From Obrimoposthia wandeli (lineage: Eukaryota), in contig CDROCS010001360.1 of assembly GCA_977020255.1 (NCBI GenBank), forward strand, positions 558,001 to 622,000: DNA of 64,000 bases, read 5' to 3'. The translations under genes and the position numbers were made by a program. Positions 30,998 to 41,013 of this stretch are shown here, piece by piece (position 1 is the stretch's first letter; every line of letters begins with the position of its first letter). The notes below the pieces were generated by a model. The model made no database searches. It was not told the DNA's origin and was given only the letters and a program-made list of their open reading frames with translations.

Positions 30998-31885
30998 TTG
31001 ACAAATACAAAATGTGGATTCGTAGCAACTGTAGGACGACCTAATGCGGGTAAAAGTTCATTACTGAACTGGTTAGTTGGAGAAAAAATTACAATGGTTT
31101 CTCATAAAGCGAATGCTACAAGAAAAAGATCAAATGTAATTGTAATGAATGAAGAAGATCAAATAGTCTTTATAGATACTCCAGGTATTCACGAAAATGA
31201 AAAACTGATAAATCAATTTATGTTAGAAGAAGCATTAAAAGCAATAGGTGACTGTGACCTTATTTTATATCTAGCTCCTGTTACTGATAAAGTAAAACAT
31301 TATGAAGATTTTTTAGTTAAAAATAAAAAAAATACAAAACATATTTTACTTTTAACTAAAACAGATTTTGTTTCGGAAGCAGAATTATTTGATAAAATGG
31401 GTGAATACAAACAATTTGATGATAAATATGAATCTTTAATTCCAATTTCGATTCAAAAAGGAAGTAAAGAGAAAGATCTTTTGGATGCAATTGTAAAACA
31501 TCTTCCAGATTCTCCACCATTATATGACACTGAAATCATGACTACTTCTCATTTAAGAGAAATCTATAGAGAGTTTATCAGAGAAGCAATTTTTGATAAT
31601 ATTTCTGATGAGATTCCTTATGAAGCAGATGTTGTAATTGAGAGAATTGAAGAAAAAGATAATGTTGATGTTATTAAAGCAACAATTGTAGTAGAAAAAT
31701 CTACGCAAAAAGGTATGATCATCGGTAAAGGCGCAGTGGCAATCAAACGAATAGGGTACAGTGCTAGAAAAAAAATCGAAAGACTTTCTCAAAAGAAAGT
31801 ATATTTAGAACTTTTTGTTTCAGTGAAAAAAGGGTGGACTAAAAATAAAGCATCTCTAAGTGAAATGGGATATAACTTCGACTAA
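30998..31885 (+). CDS. era: GTPase Era
   Basis: TTG start; GRPNAGKS, DTPG, TKTD, C-terminal KH domain GMIIGKG. Confidence 0.97.
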   Translation: MTNTKCGFVATVGRPNAGKSSLLNWLVGEKITMVSHKANATRKRSNVIVMNEEDQIVFIDTPGIHENEKLINQFMLEEALKAIGDCDLILYLAPVTDKVKHYEDFLVKNKKNTKHILLLTKTDFVSEAELFDKMGEYKQFDDKYESLIPISIQKGSKEKDLLDAIVKHLPDSPPLYDTEIMTTSHLREIYREFIREAIFDNISDEIPYEADVVIERIEEKDNVDVIKATIVVEKSTQKGMIIGKGAVAIKRIGYSARKKIERLSQKKVYLELFVSVKKGWTKNKASLSEMGYNFD

Positions 31886-31910
31886 TTAAATTATAAATTG
31901 ATACTCCGAT

Positions 31911-31949
31911 TCTTAATGATTAAATAAAAACTATTTTTAATCATTAAGA
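31911..31949. repeat. Perfect 14-bp inverted repeat (terminator or operator)
   Basis: TCTTAATGATTAAA-N11-TTTAATCATTAAGA between era and the gsp operon. Confidence 0.75.
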
Positions 31950-32076
31950 TACCTTCTTAAAAATATACTTAACTTACATAACTAGATAGTAAAAAATAAT
32001 AAAAATATTTATTTGTGACTCTAAATGTGACATTCTTATAATATAATGTTCTTATGCTTAAAATGGAAGAAAATAT

Positions 32077-32931
32077 ATGTATGCCTTAACTGTGAGTGAT
32101 ATATCAACATTAAGTATTGCAGTCACAGAAGAGATGGAAGAAAATAATTTACATAGTTTCTTAAGAAGCTCAATTATAAATAGTGAGTTACCAACTTCAA
32201 AAAATTGCTATTACTATTTTTATTATAATTCAAATGCATTCTCTTATGAAATAATCTTTTATGAGAAACTACAGAATAAAACTTCACTAGAACCTTTTTT
32301 ACTAATGAAACAATTTGCTACTATAGAAGATGACATAAAAGTACTTTTGTTAAAAAACTATTTTATGATTACACAAAATGGTAAATTACTTATATTGAAA
32401 AAAGTAAATAAGATTGACATGGATGAAATTCTTTTATATATACAACAAATATATAAAATAGATACATTTGAAGTTATTGATTTATCTAGTAAAACTATTG
32501 ATAATTTTTCCATTGAATCAGATGATTTAGAAACAAAACAGTTTTATCCTTTATTTCCAAATAAATCATTCTATTATTTTTTAGGATTTGTACTAAGTAC
32601 ACTAATTATTGTAATTGTATTATTATATATAGAGACTATTCAAAAAACAAAGACTAAAATTTTTCCTTCTTCATCAATTAATCTCCAATATATTTCTCAT
32701 AACAAAGTAATTCATGAAATAGTTGCATTATTCAAAGAGATTAAAGAAAACAAGATACGAATTGAAAAAATGAGTTATTTAAATAGACGAATGAAAACAA
32801 CTTTATATAGTAAAGAACAGTCAAAACTCTTAGACTTTGTAAATAGATATAATCAAAAAATTAAAGTAAAAACATTGAGATACAATGAGGACAAGAAACA
32901 ATACGCTATGGAGATCACTCTTGACTATTAA
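32077..32931 (+). CDS. Putative T2SS/T4P alignment protein (PilM/GspL-like cytoplasmic part, TM, PilN-like part)
   Basis: One central TM; short C-terminal domain ending YAMEITLDY; first gene of the gspE/F operon. Family call is inference. Confidence 0.55.
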   Translation: MYALTVSDISTLSIAVTEEMEENNLHSFLRSSIINSELPTSKNCYYYFYYNSNAFSYEIIFYEKLQNKTSLEPFLLMKQFATIEDDIKVLLLKNYFMITQNGKLLILKKVNKIDMDEILLYIQQIYKIDTFEVIDLSSKTIDNFSIESDDLETKQFYPLFPNKSFYYFLGFVLSTLIIVIVLLYIETIQKTKTKIFPSSSINLQYISHNKVIHEIVALFKEIKENKIRIEKMSYLNRRMKTTLYSKEQSKLLDFVNRYNQKIKVKTLRYNEDKKQYAMEITLDY

Positions 32932-33589
32932 AGAACGATTTGAACAATATAATATAAAAGATAAAGTATTATTATATCTAATCGTTTTGATGGTAAATTG
33001 CTTAGTATATATTTTTTATGAGAATTTATTGAAGGTTTTAAGTCTAGATACATCTCCAGTCTATAAAAAGGTTATTAGTCCTATATCCAAAATAAAAAGA
33101 TTATCTGATTTAGAGTTAATGAACTATTTTACTGTAAAGTCTAAAAAACATAAACTTTCTGCCATTGAAATGAAAATATCTCAAAGTCATATTTATTTTA
33201 AAGGGATAGGTCTTTTTGTGAATGTAATACCTTTTTTAAATGCAGTTGAACAAAATTTTAGATTACAACGATTTGAGATAACTTATAATGAGCATTTAGA
33301 AGTAACTATCAATGTGAATAAAAAATACTACAATACTTCTATATCCCCAATAGTTGCTTTTCAAAATATTTTAAACCCTTTTGTAATAAACAATCATCAG
33401 AAACTACCATCATTAAAGGAAATAAAAATTACTGCAATTTTAGATACGGAAATTTTAGTAAACAATGAATGGTATAAAACAGGTGAAAGAATACGACACC
33501 ATAAGATTCTTTCTATATATAAAGACAAAGTAATATTATTAGATACAAAACTGAATAAAAAAATAGAAAGAAGAATTAATTATGAATAA
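32885..33589 (+). CDS. Putative T2SS/T4P protein (TM, PilO-like and C-terminal PilP/MshK/CtsX-like domain)
   Basis: N-terminal TM; IKITAILDTEILVNNEWYKTGERIRHHKILSIYKDKVIL beta-domain pattern. Confidence 0.55.
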   Translation: MRTRNNTLWRSLLTIKERFEQYNIKDKVLLYLIVLMVNCLVYIFYENLLKVLSLDTSPVYKKVISPISKIKRLSDLELMNYFTVKSKKHKLSAIEMKISQSHIYFKGIGLFVNVIPFLNAVEQNFRLQRFEITYNEHLEVTINVNKKYYNTSISPIVAFQNILNPFVINNHQKLPSLKEIKITAILDTEILVNNEWYKTGERIRHHKILSIYKDKVILLDTKLNKKIERRINYE

Positions 33590-34979
33590 ATTACTTGAAT
33601 ATCATATTGACTATTCGTTATCTTTGAATATACCCAAAGAGATAATAAATAAATATAAAATATTACCACTAAAGAATCAGGACTTAAGTATATTACTTGC
33701 AACTTCAAACATAGAGCAAGATACAGAAGAATTAAAAACTATATTCAATAAACCTATTCAATTTCTTTATATAAATGATCAAGAACTAAATATGGAATTA
33801 CAATATTTAGAATTTAAACAAGAACTTTATCATTTGTCCATGCAGTCATTACATAATATGAATAAAAATAGTGAAAACTCGTACATTATAAGTTTTATGG
33901 AAGTACTATTCTCTTTTTGTATACATCATAATGCAAGTGATATTCATTTTGAAGCTGTAGATAGTAGTATGTTAATTAGATTAAGAATTGATGGCGAATT
34001 AAATCAAATATTTCGTTTTGATATAAAGTTATTTGCATTAATCAGTAGTATAGTAAAGTACTTTGGCAATCTTGATATATCTCAAAAAAGAATTCCTTTA
34101 AACGGTAGATTTTCAAAAGAGATTGATAATAGTATGTATGATATGAGAATTTCTACTATGCCAACCATTTATGGGGAGTCCATAGTTTTACGAATTTTGG
34201 ATAATGGAAATATACAAAAAGACATTCATAATATTGGATTTGAGGAAAATACATTAAATATAATAAAGAAAACTCTTCGTTTAAATCAAGGATTAGTTTT
34301 GGTTACAGGTCCAACAGGTAGTGGAAAAACTACTAGTTTGTACTCTATGATTAATACACTCAATACTAAAAGAAAAAAAATTATAACTATAGAAGACCCT
34401 GTCGAATATAAGATAAATGGAGTAATGCAAGTAAATATTAATGATGAAATTAATTTAAATTATCAGACAGTATTAAAAAATATTTTAAGACAAGATCCAG
34501 ATATATTGCTCATCGGAGAAATTAGGGATATAGAATCACTGCAAATTGCTATACAAGCATCTTTGACTGGTCATCTAGTCATTGCCACATTACATACAAA
34601 TAGTGCATTAGAGACAATTACACGGCTTAAAGATTTAAAAGCAGAATCATATTTAATTGCAAGTACATTAAAAATGATTTTATCTCAAAGACTATTACGT
34701 GTTTTATGTGATGAATGTAAGGTTACAACAAATGAAATAATTGATCCGAGTTTAACAGGGTGTTTAAAATGTGATTATAAAGGTTATAAAAATAGACAAA
34801 TTATAGCTGAGGTATTAGAAGTAGACTCAGAGATATCAGAGATGATTAGTAATAATAAATCAATGTTTACTATTCAAGAATATTTAGAAAAGATACAGTT
34901 TAAAAATTTAAAGCATAATGGGATGAAACTAGTTAAAGAAGGTAAAACAACATTAGAAGAATTTTACAGTAAGGTGTAA
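33582..34979 (+). CDS. gspE: GspE/PilB family secretion ATPase (CtsE-like)
   Basis: ASDIHFE, GPTGSGKT, TIEDPVE, LIGEIRD, GHLVIATLH, Cys4 motif. Confidence 0.95.
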   Translation: MNKLLEYHIDYSLSLNIPKEIINKYKILPLKNQDLSILLATSNIEQDTEELKTIFNKPIQFLYINDQELNMELQYLEFKQELYHLSMQSLHNMNKNSENSYIISFMEVLFSFCIHHNASDIHFEAVDSSMLIRLRIDGELNQIFRFDIKLFALISSIVKYFGNLDISQKRIPLNGRFSKEIDNSMYDMRISTMPTIYGESIVLRILDNGNIQKDIHNIGFEENTLNIIKKTLRLNQGLVLVTGPTGSGKTTSLYSMINTLNTKRKKIITIEDPVEYKINGVMQVNINDEINLNYQTVLKNILRQDPDILLIGEIRDIESLQIAIQASLTGHLVIATLHTNSALETITRLKDLKAESYLIASTLKMILSQRLLRVLCDECKVTTNEIIDPSLTGCLKCDYKGYKNRQIIAEVLEVDSEISEMISNNKSMFTIQEYLEKIQFKNLKHNGMKLVKEGKTTLEEFYSKV

Positions 34980-34987
34980 TTTTTATT

Positions 34988-36175
34988 ATGAAATTTAAAA
35001 TAATATATCAACAGAACAAAAGAGATAAAACAATTATTTTAGAAGCAGATAGTCTAGTAGCCCTAAAAAAGAGTGATAATTTTCCTTCAAATATTATCAC
35101 TGTAAAAGAGGTAAAAGAATTTAATTTCGATATCTTAATTAGAAGAAACTCTAAAAAAGAGGTGTATGAATTATTCACACAACTAGATATGATGTTAAGT
35201 GCAAATTTAACTTTTAGTGAAGCAATTGATCTATTGTTAGATTCTCTACAAGAAAAGAGAATAGAAGAAGTATTAAAAGTAATCAAACAATCACTTTCCT
35301 CATCCGTATCCTTAACTAAATCACTAGATAAATATAAATCTTTTTTAGGAGAGACAAGTTTATTATTTTTACAGCTTGGTTTTGAAAATGGAAATATAAA
35401 AGAATCAGTTCATTCTTTAGTTGAAATGTTAAGTGAAGATATAAAAAGTAGAGATAGTCTTAATGAAGTGATGAGGTATCCTCTGATTTTAGTAACTTCT
35501 CTTTTTATATCTATAGGTATGATTTTTTTATATGTTTTACCAAATTTTGAATTTATATTTACCTTATTAAAAGACGAAATTCCTTTTTCTACATATATAT
35601 TAATCAGTATAAAAAATATTTTATCTCAATATTGGATTCTTATTTTATTGAGTTTATTTTTCAGTACATTTATTTTCTTTTCTATAATAAAAAAGTATAA
35701 ATATACTTTTGATAAATTTTTATTATTATATATTCCTATATTTAGCAAAATGATTCAAGACTATTACTATTATAGATTGTTCTTATCTTTATCTATAATT
35801 GTTAAGTCAAAGTACCAATTTCAAGTTGCAATATCAAATAGTAAAAATGTGGTTACTAATTTATATGTACAAGAAAAGTTACATAATGTATTAATTAATA
35901 TTCAAAACGGATATTCTATATCTGAAGCATTTGAAATTAGTTATCTTTTTGATAGGTTAACAATGAAGTTATTAAATACAGCAGATAGTACAAATAACTA
36001 TGAGTATATTTTATCAGATATTACAACTCAATATAAAAAAAGGTTTCACAAGAGCCTGAAGAACTTTTCTTCTACAATCGAACCAATACTTATATTAGTC
36101 ATTGCTAGTGTTGTATTATGGCTTATATTAGCCATAATGTTGCCTATTTGGAATCTAGGTGCGGTTATAAATTAG
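34988..36175 (+). CDS. gspF: GspF/PilC family inner-membrane platform protein (CtsF-like)
   Basis: LFTQLDMMLSANLTFSEA, MRYPLIL, TIEPILIL...LAIMLPIW. Confidence 0.93.
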   Translation: MKFKIIYQQNKRDKTIILEADSLVALKKSDNFPSNIITVKEVKEFNFDILIRRNSKKEVYELFTQLDMMLSANLTFSEAIDLLLDSLQEKRIEEVLKVIKQSLSSSVSLTKSLDKYKSFLGETSLLFLQLGFENGNIKESVHSLVEMLSEDIKSRDSLNEVMRYPLILVTSLFISIGMIFLYVLPNFEFIFTLLKDEIPFSTYILISIKNILSQYWILILLSLFFSTFIFFSIIKKYKYTFDKFLLLYIPIFSKMIQDYYYYRLFLSLSIIVKSKYQFQVAISNSKNVVTNLYVQEKLHNVLINIQNGYSISEAFEISYLFDRLTMKLLNTADSTNNYEYILSDITTQYKKRFHKSLKNFSSTIEPILILVIASVVLWLILAIMLPIWNLGAVIN

Positions 36176-36182
36176 AAGTTTT
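36038..36182 (+). repeat. gspF 3'-end repeat, copy 1 (the functional gene end)
   Basis: 36038-36175 matches 40871-41008 at 115/138 nt (manual count); the last ~55 nt plus AAGTT also match 37416-37474. Confidence 0.9.
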
Positions 36183-37320
36183 TTATAATGTATCGAGTAC
36201 TTCTCCCACTTGTATCTTCTTTTTGTTTAATACAATTTTTTTCTAAGAGTTCACTTATATCTCGGGAAGCTGTAGCTGGAGTTGTATCTGCTATTGTGAT
36301 ATATTTCTTTTTACTTAAATCTCCTATAAAATTTTCACTTCCAATATCTAAAATTTTGTTGAGTACTTTAGTTTGTCTTGCGTTTAAATTACTATTTTTA
36401 TGCAGATCCCAAAATTTTGTTTTATCTATAATATAATTGAGAGATTTACTAGCTTCAAGAAGTGATTTATACAATGTATTAAAAAACCACTCACACCAAA
36501 AAGTTATATTTAAAGGGTCTTGATTTTTAATATATCCAGTTGTTTGCTCCAGAGCATTGTAGTATCCTTTACGATCCTCATTTATACTTTTTGACATCGT
36601 ATAGAGTTTTGAAAAAGAAGAATTTTCTATTTGAGAAAGAACCATATCTGTTATAGCTCTTGCAATTCTTCCATTTCCATCATCAAGTGGATGTATAATA
36701 ACAAACCATAAGTGAGTAATAGCCGATTTTATAAGTGTTGGGGGAGTATTATTATACCATTGTATAAATCCATCCATTTCTTGTTCTAATCCATCTCTAT
36801 TAGGTGCTTCATAATATACTGTTTCTTTATTGTAGTTTGTTGATACTATTTGCATTAAGCCATCGTCTCTAAATGTACCTACATTTATTTTATGAAAGTT
36901 ACTATACCCTTTTTCAAACATCAACCGATGCCAAGTAAATATTTTGTCCAATGAAAATTTTTCATTATAGTTTGTATTTGCATCGATAAGTATATCTACA
37001 TAATTATCTTCTTTTATTTTATGATTATAATGGGTATCATCTTCCAGTCCAAGTTTCTTTTTTATAGACGATCTTACACTATATCTATTGAGTACTTCTC
37101 CTTCAATGGCACAACTTGATATGATCTCATTTTCAAGGGCATTTACTTGTGTTTGTTTAATATTATCCGCATCCATAAGACTTAAAAATGCGATTAGTTT
37201 TCCTTGCTCAATCGTAATCTTTTGAATTAAAGGATCTAATATATTTCTATCATAAGTAAAGTTTGGATAGTTTTCATATTCCCATATCCATTGGGGTTGC
37301 TTTGTAATAGTATTTTTCAT
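36172..37320 (-). CDS. Fic family protein (DUF4172 + Fic + C-terminal HTH)
   Basis: QWIWEYENYPNF N-terminus; HPLDDGNGRIAR Fic motif; TTPATASRDISELLEK HTH. Confidence 0.93.
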   Translation of the reverse strand: MKNTITKQPQWIWEYENYPNFTYDRNILDPLIQKITIEQGKLIAFLSLMDADNIKQTQVNALENEIISSCAIEGEVLNRYSVRSSIKKKLGLEDDTHYNHKIKEDNYVDILIDANTNYNEKFSLDKIFTWHRLMFEKGYSNFHKINVGTFRDDGLMQIVSTNYNKETVYYEAPNRDGLEQEMDGFIQWYNNTPPTLIKSAITHLWFVIIHPLDDGNGRIARAITDMVLSQIENSSFSKLYTMSKSINEDRKGYYNALEQTTGYIKNQDPLNITFWCEWFFNTLYKSLLEASKSLNYIIDKTKFWDLHKNSNLNARQTKVLNKILDIGSENFIGDLSKKKYITIADTTPATASRDISELLEKNCIKQKEDTSGRSTRYIIKNF

Positions 37321-37336
37321 ACATATATTTTAACTT

Positions 37337-37404
37337 AAATGATACGCATAGTCAATATAATCATCTCATAAATGATACGATATATTTCTGTAATCGTATC
37401 ATTT
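37337..37404. promoter_or_regulatory. Putative operator upstream of fic
   Basis: AAATGATACG at 37337 and 37370; perfect 11-bp inverted repeat AAATGATACGA-N13-TCGTATCATTT (37370-37404). Confidence 0.7.
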
Positions 37405-37415
37405 TCAAATATTTG

Positions 37416-37520
37416 CTTATTTTAGTGATAATACTCCCTATTTGGAATCTAGGCGCAGTTATAAATTAGAAGTTTTAAATTTTCTCTACTACTTCTGATT
37501 TTTATAAGAAAAAGTAAATA
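37416..37520. repeat. gspF 3'-end repeat, copy 2, fused to a degenerate clpA 3'-end copy
   Basis: Plus strand encodes LILVIILPIWNLGAVIN*; after AAGTT the minus strand encodes FTFSY-(1-nt gap)-KSEVVEKI*, versus ClpA FTFAYTKLEVEEKV*. Confidence 0.88.
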
Positions 37521-37643
37521 TTTTTTTATACACGAGATGATCGGTCAAAACAATTATTTCTAATATTAATAAGTGAAAACATTAGTATATAATACATAAT
37601 TAAGTACAATAATCATACTACATTAAAGAATTTAAGGTTTATA

Positions 37644-40600
37644 ATGAATATTTCAATATTACATTTAAGTGATATCCATCTGAAGAGTGAAAATGATTCA
37701 ATTTTTGAAAAAAAAGATTTGATTAATAATGCAATAAAGAATAAAATTTTACATGTTGAATATTTATTTATTGTAGTTACCGGTGATATAGCAAACGCAG
37801 GCTCTGAAGTAGAATACGATAGTGCAAAGACTCTTCTTCTATATATTAAAGCTAGATTATTAGAATATAAAAGTACTTTAAAAGTAGAGTTTATTGTCGC
37901 ACCAGGTAACCATGATTGTGACTTTACAATAAAGAATCCATTAAGGGATTTGACAATTAAATCCTTATCTAATAATACTTTGGATCTCAAAGAAGTTGGG
38001 GATGAGATTATTGATCAATGCACAATGATTCAATCAAATTTTTTTAATTTTAGGGATTCCATAGAAAATAAAGATTCTATAGATTCTAATTTAAGTAATA
38101 AAGTATTTAAAAAATATAATTACCTTATTGAAGGAAAAAAAATATCATTTAATGCATATAATCTTGCATGGATGTCTCAACGTCATGAGCTGCAATCTGA
38201 AATATTTTTTCCTTGTTTCTTATTTAAAGAGAAGCTAATTAAGGAAAGTGGAGAAAATGATTTAAATATTACTATCTACCATCATCCTCTTCACTGGGTA
38301 CACCATAGCAATTTAAAGAATCTTAAAGAATTAATTAATATATCATCTAATATAGTGCTAAGCGGACATGAACATTCATCAATTGAACATAGTGAATATG
38401 ATCAAGTTAGTAAAACTACTCAATACATCGATTCACCTGCATTGCAAACTAACAATCATAATGAAAGTGCATTTAAATTACTAGAAATTGATATGGAAAG
38501 TGGAGATGAAAAAATATATGATTTTGTATGGGATAAAGATACTTCAAAATATACAGAGTCAGAAAATAAAAATAATATAACATTAGCAACATGCACAAAG
38601 CATTTTCCGATGAAGGAAGAGTATATTAATAAAGTTAATAATGATGGTATAAAAATTAATCATTCTTATAAATCAGATGTTTATCTTGAAGACCTATTTG
38701 TATATCAAGATATAGAGGATGTTAGGGATACAAACCTAGCCGATACTAATAATGCATCAAAATTTAAGGACTTTATGACTATTCAACGATCCATATTTAA
38801 TCACACAAGCTTTATCAGAAGGAAACATGGTATTGAAACATCACTAAGAATATTTACTAATAGAGCATAAGCAAAATGGAAGAATACCAATTTATATTAA
38901 TGGAAAAGATATTAAGGTTAAGGATCACACTAATGAAAGAATTAACACTTTAATTGAGAAATCATTTTTAAAACAATATGAAGAAGAAAATTTAACCGAT
39001 TTTAAACAAGAAGATAAATCAAATATTTTAATTATTATTGATGACTTATCATATGAAGTTAATGGTTTATTTTTTCAGTAAATGTGGTCAAACGATGAAG
39101 AAGTTCAAATTTGTAATATTGTAGAAATACACCTCTTGAAAATATTTAAAAAGCAACAGATCTTGTCTCATACCAGTCTAGAACTTGAATCTCTAAATGA
39201 TGATTTATTTGGAAAATCAATGTTAGAGTTTGATATATATAAGATTACGGAATTTGGTCATAAATTAAGGGATAAATTAATTAGACAATGGGTTCTTCTT
39301 GGTAGAGAAAATACTGTAAGCGCTCAAGAATTACATACGGAGACTGTAGAAAAAGCAAAAATTATCACAACAACTTTAGGTTATAATATTGTTCCTTCTT
39401 ACCCTATCTATATGCTTACTTTATTACAGTCAATGGAAAGTAATAATACAAATACTTTAAGTAAAAGTACCTATGGTCATTATTATAGCTATTTAATTAC
39501 TGATTCTTTAACTAGAAATGGTATTGATAAACAGGATTTAGATACATATTTTTCATATTTAGAAAAGTAATTGATAAGCAAAAAGAGATTTTAGTATTAA
39601 TAATGATAAATAGCTCTGATATTGATTTAAAATGTAGGGCATTGATGACTTTCACGATATTTGGAAATAGTAAAAAAGAATTACAAGCTAAAATGAAACA
39701 ATATTATTTATAAATAAATATCTTGACGGTTATTTGAGAATATAAAAGAGCAACTAACTAAAATTAATGATTATAATATTATTTCTTGATATTGGCTAAG
39801 TGGCTTTTAGAAAATAGACTTAAGATGAGAAATTATTGATTAATTGTAAAAATACCACGAACGCCAATTTGGAAATATACTAATGTTTTTGATTCATCAT
39901 ACAAATACTAATTATGTATTGACTTTATTGTTAAATGCATCAAAAAAAGTTTTTTCTGAGGTTGATGAGTTTGGATTTAAAGATGAAGAATTAGTAAAAA
40001 TAAATCTTTCTGTTTTAGATGAAAAAGAAGTAATAGAATTGGATGATGTAACACCTGAGCAAGCAAGGGAAAATTTTTTAACTTTACATTTTATTGAAGA
40101 TAAAGAACTCAAAACTCTGAACAACTAAAACCTATAAAAGATAGCAGCTGGAAGCCGATAATAAATATTAGATGATAGATATTGATTCAGAACTGAAACT
40201 TAGATTAGATTGCAACTTAATTTAGCATCAAAAATTGCTGATATATTAGGGGAAATTTCCAAAAACTATTATGGTTCTCTAGACGGTGATGTAAAACAAG
40301 AATTAATTAGAGAAACATATTCTTTAACACTCAGATCAGTTAATATGTTTGTAAAGAACTTTGAAGAACATCATGAATTAATAGTACAGGCAATTGATGA
40401 ATTACTAGAGAAGAAAGGCTATAATACTCAAGATAAAATGGAATTAACTTCTAAAAAGTTTGTATTTAATATTCTTTCTCGATTGACGGAAGGATTTATT
40501 TCGAAATTGTCTAAAAATATTGCATCAAAGAACCTACTTCCTATATATAAAGATATTGCGGATGATGAACCTAGTAATAAAGCGATAAGAATTATTAATA

Positions 40601-40827
40601 ATGCTATAGAATTGGATTTTCCGAATGGACTAAAAGATTCTACTATTACTCATTATTATGAGTTGAAAGGAAATTATTTAGCACAAGCAACACTTAAAAA
40701 ATTAGTTATTGATCATCTTCATATGTTTCATACTGATCACGATATAAAGGATAGATTCATGGAAAAATTTGAACTTAATCAAGGAAGTAAACAAGGAATA
40801 TTAATTAAATCTAACAAAATTAGCTAG
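37644..40827 (+). pseudogene. Decayed metallophosphoesterase-STAND (P-loop NTPase) fusion gene
   Basis: Intact phosphoesterase motifs HLSDIH, TGDIA, PGNHD, HHP, GHEH. Then out-of-frame pieces: eroded Walker A-like KHGIETS, Walker B ILIIIDD, VPSYPIYMLTLLQSME, YYFLILAKWL, NILMFLIHH and a helical C-terminus (ORFs 39082, 39883, 40210). Confidence 0.82.
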
Positions 40828-40850
40828 TTAAATATATTTGGTTATTTAAA

Positions 40851-41013
40851 GGATATTCCCTACAATATAAAAAAGGCTTCACAGGAGTTTGAAGAACTTC
40901 TCTTCTACAATCGAACCAATGCTTATCTTTATAATATCATTGGTCGTATTGTGGCTTATATTAGCGATAATGTTACCTATTTGGAATTTAGGAGCGGTTA
41001 TAAATTAAAAGTC
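40851..41013 (+). repeat. gspF 3'-end repeat, copy 3 (displaced gene fragment)
   Basis: 40871-41008 translates KRLHRSLKNFSSTIEPMLIFIISLVVLWLILAIMLPIWNLGAVIN*, 38/45 aa identical to the GspF C-terminus; no start codon. Confidence 0.92.

Larger units (their letters stand above)
36176..40870. mobile_element. Tandem integrated islets (Fic cassette and phosphoesterase-STAND cassette) at the gspF/clpA junction; no integrase
   Basis: Foreign-looking genes bounded by three diverged copies of the gspF 3' end; the middle copy also carries the clpA 3' end. Confidence 0.7.

Noticed and set aside
33582-33760. MshEN c-di-GMP-binding motif in GspE
   Set aside because: No RLGxxL motif at the N-terminus.
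36140-36182. Repeat core as a dif/XerH site, integron attC or CRISPR repeat
   Set aside because: It encodes the GspF C-terminus, lacks dif-like or attC dyad symmetry, and its copies are kilobases apart and diverged.
36176-40870. Integrase or transposase within the islets
   Set aside because: No tyrosine/serine recombinase or DDE motifs in any listed ORF or in the intergenic frames I read.
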